From contig CAYMEV010000007.1 in NCBI GenBank assembly GCA_964389675.1, forward strand, positions 124,001-145,721: a stretch of DNA of 21,721 nucleotides. Reading direction: 5' to 3'. This DNA is from an uncultured Candidatus Sumerlaeota bacterium. Its GTDB lineage: Bacteria; CAYMEV01. The notes beneath the pieces were generated by a model. That model did no database searches. It was given only the letters and a program-made list of their open reading frames with translations, and was not told where the DNA came from. A program made the translations under genes and the position numbers. Below, one piece after another: positions 19,145-21,721 of the stretch. Every line of letters starts with the position of its first letter. Positions within the stretch are counted from its first letter, which is position 1.

Positions 19145-19628
19145 ATGGGTATTTTTGCCTGATTATATCCACTTCAGCCTTGATGCTGTCATAGTAGTCC
19201 GTTTCAATCCAGTTTAATGAGAGCAGGTACTCATAGAAATATAGAATAAAGCAGGTCATCTCACTGATGAAGAATGTCGGTGCTGAGGGATAATTTCCAG
19301 GATACCAGTTTAGAAGGAAATCCTCGATGATACCGTTTTTATAAAATGTCAGGTCCTTCCTGTGAAAGGATGTCAGATAATTGCAGATAAATATATTGAT
19401 ATAATAAACAACTTTCTTTCTAAGTTTACAATCATATATATTTTTTGATTTCAGGAAATGGTAAAAATCCTGTGATATTATGCTTATGATGCTGTGGTAA
19501 TCTTTGCTGTCCGTCGGGACATCATGGATACGGCTGAAGTTTACAAGATATTCCTTCTTGGAACCATCAACGGAAAGCTTGCATTTAATGCATTCCCTTT
19601 TTTCTATTTTTGGCTGAAAATAATTCAT
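19137..19628 (-). CDS. Hypothetical protein, possibly a stand-alone integrase SAM-like (core-binding) domain
   Basis: 163-aa ORF with GAGGG SD that fills the gap and overlaps the radical SAM gene convergently by 8 nt. Helical pattern FYHFLKSK...YYINIF...IEDFLLNW...FILYFYEYLLSLNWI. Confidence 0.65.
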   Translation of the reverse strand: MNYFQPKIEKRECIKCKLSVDGSKKEYLVNFSRIHDVPTDSKDYHSIISIISQDFYHFLKSKNIYDCKLRKKVVYYINIFICNYLTSFHRKDLTFYKNGIIEDFLLNWYPGNYPSAPTFFISEMTCFILYFYEYLLSLNWIETDYYDSIKAEVDIIRQKYPSR

Positions 19629-19702
19629 CTAATACCCTCTTATACAATATTGAGTATTTGAGTAATTATCACAAAAAGATAACCAATGTAAAGAATTTAA
19701 TT

Positions 19703-19757
19703 AAAAAAATGCCGGAAAAATTCAAATAAATCCTTATATTGAGCCTAAATTGCCGGC
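19703..19757 (-). terminator. Possible intrinsic terminator after the macrodomain gene
   Basis: The minus strand reads TGCCGG...CCGGCA (long imperfect stem) followed by T7, about 20-75 nt past the macrodomain stop. Confidence 0.3.
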
Positions 19758-19778
19758 AAAATCATATATAATAAGGCC

Positions 19779-20327
19779 CTATAATGATTTTGCGTTTGCA
19801 GTCAGGTCTTTCAGCGCCTGTTCATATATATGCAGATCGCTTTCGCTGTAAAGAACAAACCTGACAAGCCTAATATTCTTAAAGCCCTTTATATTCCCAG
19901 AAAGGGAATTGAATGCCACCCTGCATGCATCTCTGATCGGATATCCAAATATGCCCGCTGAAATAGCAGGAAAGGCAACTGATTCAACATGGTTTTCCTC
20001 CGCTAGATTAAATGCATTGGTATAGCAGCTGTACAGCAGCTTTTCTTCAGGGATATCCCTGCCATAAACCGGTCCAAGGCAATGAATAACATATTTATTT
20101 GGGAGGTTATAGGCCCCTGTAATGACTGCCTGCCCGGTGCTGATAGGGGCATGCTGCCTGCATTCGAGATCAAGGTCAGGGCCTGCTGCCCAGTGTATAG
20201 CCCCGGCCACACCACCTCCCGGACGAAGCTCCCGGTTGGCGGCATTCACAATGGCAATTATATCCGGCTGGCAGGCGATATTGCCTTTGATACATTCAAT
20301 CGTTATATTACTAATTTTTTCCTTCAT
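19779..20327 (-). CDS. Macrodomain protein (O-acetyl-ADP-ribose deacetylase / ADP-ribosyl hydrolase, YmdB-like)
   Basis: GNI, AIVNAANRELRPGGGVAGAIH.AAG, VIHCLGP and FPAISAGIFGYP; GAGG SD. Confidence 0.94.
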   Translation of the reverse strand: MKEKISNITIECIKGNIACQPDIIAIVNAANRELRPGGGVAGAIHWAAGPDLDLECRQHAPISTGQAVITGAYNLPNKYVIHCLGPVYGRDIPEEKLLYSCYTNAFNLAEENHVESVAFPAISAGIFGYPIRDACRVAFNSLSGNIKGFKNIRLVRFVLYSESDLHIYEQALKDLTANAKSL

Positions 20328-20509
20328 TGATTAATGCCTCTTTATGTTATTTTTGAAAAAGCTGGGCTTTATATGAAAATGATAATTCATTATCTGCAAA
20401 TTTCAAGGTTTTCCTGCTAAATTTTCTTTTCAGGTTCAATCAAAAAGCAGCTTTTTATCGTGCTTAAATAAATATTCTAATATTTTTTGACAAATCTATT
20501 ATTTTTTAA

Positions 20510-20537
20510 TTGACTGATTTTTGATATTTGTTAATAT
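20510..20537 (+). promoter_or_regulatory. Candidate upstream rRNA promoter (P1)
   Basis: TTGACT, 16 nt, TAATAT, with AT-rich upstream sequence; followed by a 7-bp hairpin and a boxA-like motif. Confidence 0.35.
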
Positions 20538-20572
20538 GCTATCTTACCTAAAGAGGTAAGCAAAGGTCTTGG

Positions 20573-20667
20573 AAATATATTATGGTATTTTAGGTTTTGT
20601 CAGCCTTAGGATAGTAATAGAATCTACAGGTTTTAATATTGACAAAACCTAAAAATATCATATATTT
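20573..20667. repeat. Long imperfect inverted repeat with a 15-bp perfect core
   Basis: TTTTAGGTTTTGTCA (20588-20602) and TGACAAAACCTAAAA (20640-20654) are exact reverse complements; pairing extends outward with bulges. Confidence 0.85.
20639..20666 (+). promoter_or_regulatory. rRNA operon promoter (P2 candidate)
   Basis: TTGACA (20639-20644), 16 nt, TATATT (20661-20666), about 140 nt upstream of the 16S gene. Confidence 0.6.
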
Positions 20668-20805
20668 AATAAAGCCCTTAAAGGGCGGAACATGTGATCA
20701 GGAATAGAGTATAATACGAATAGATAGCGTAAAGCATAAGGTCTTAACAGATAAGATTGAGTTTATACCCCAGGATGTTTTTTTTATTTTCCAAATAATT
20801 TTAAT

Positions 20806-21721
<916 letters not shown>

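Noticed and set aside
19137..20327. Macrodomain plus orphan as a DarTG-like toxin-antitoxin pair or mobile element
   Set aside because: The orphan shows no ADP-ribosyltransferase motifs, the genes are 150 nt apart with a possible terminator between them, the macrodomain is the stand-alone YmdB type, and no att sites or transposase are visible.
20325..20355. dif-like site (TTATGTTA)
   Set aside because: Only a partial XerD arm, with wrong spacing and no XerC arm; it overlaps the macrodomain SD.

Overview
This is a low-GC bacterial chromosome segment of mostly core genes. Left end, minus strand: pepA overlaps the start of one continuous ORF (2156 to beyond position 1) that encodes LptF and LptG fused in frame. 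The ORF track misses it because it has no stop in the window. A divergent AT-rich promoter region precedes a run of 16 tightly packed plus-strand genes (about 15.3 kb): hrcA-grpE-dnaK-dnaJ-prmA-rsmE-yicC-remA(DUF370)-gmk-rpoZ-UDG family 4-SpoIVB/S55-like secreted protease-secreted beta-propeller-like protein-psd-pssA-TIGR01212 radical SAM. Two minus-strand genes follow: a 163-aa orphan resembling a stand-alone integrase core-binding domain, and a macrodomain protein. The window ends with a structured rRNA promoter/leader and the 5' ~915 nt of a divergent 16S rRNA gene. The host is a diderm (lptFG, diderm-type DnaK insert). The LptF-LptG fusion and the S55/propeller pair suggest an Acidobacteriota-related or candidate lineage, which is inference only. 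The best candidate for an undescribed system is the circularly permuted S55 protease plus its propeller partner, coupled to psd-pssA. Other leads are the LptF-LptG fusion, a ~95-nt inverted repeat over the rRNA promoter, the orphan integrase-like domain, and an 806R primer-site mismatch. All family calls come from motifs recognised by eye; no searches were run.
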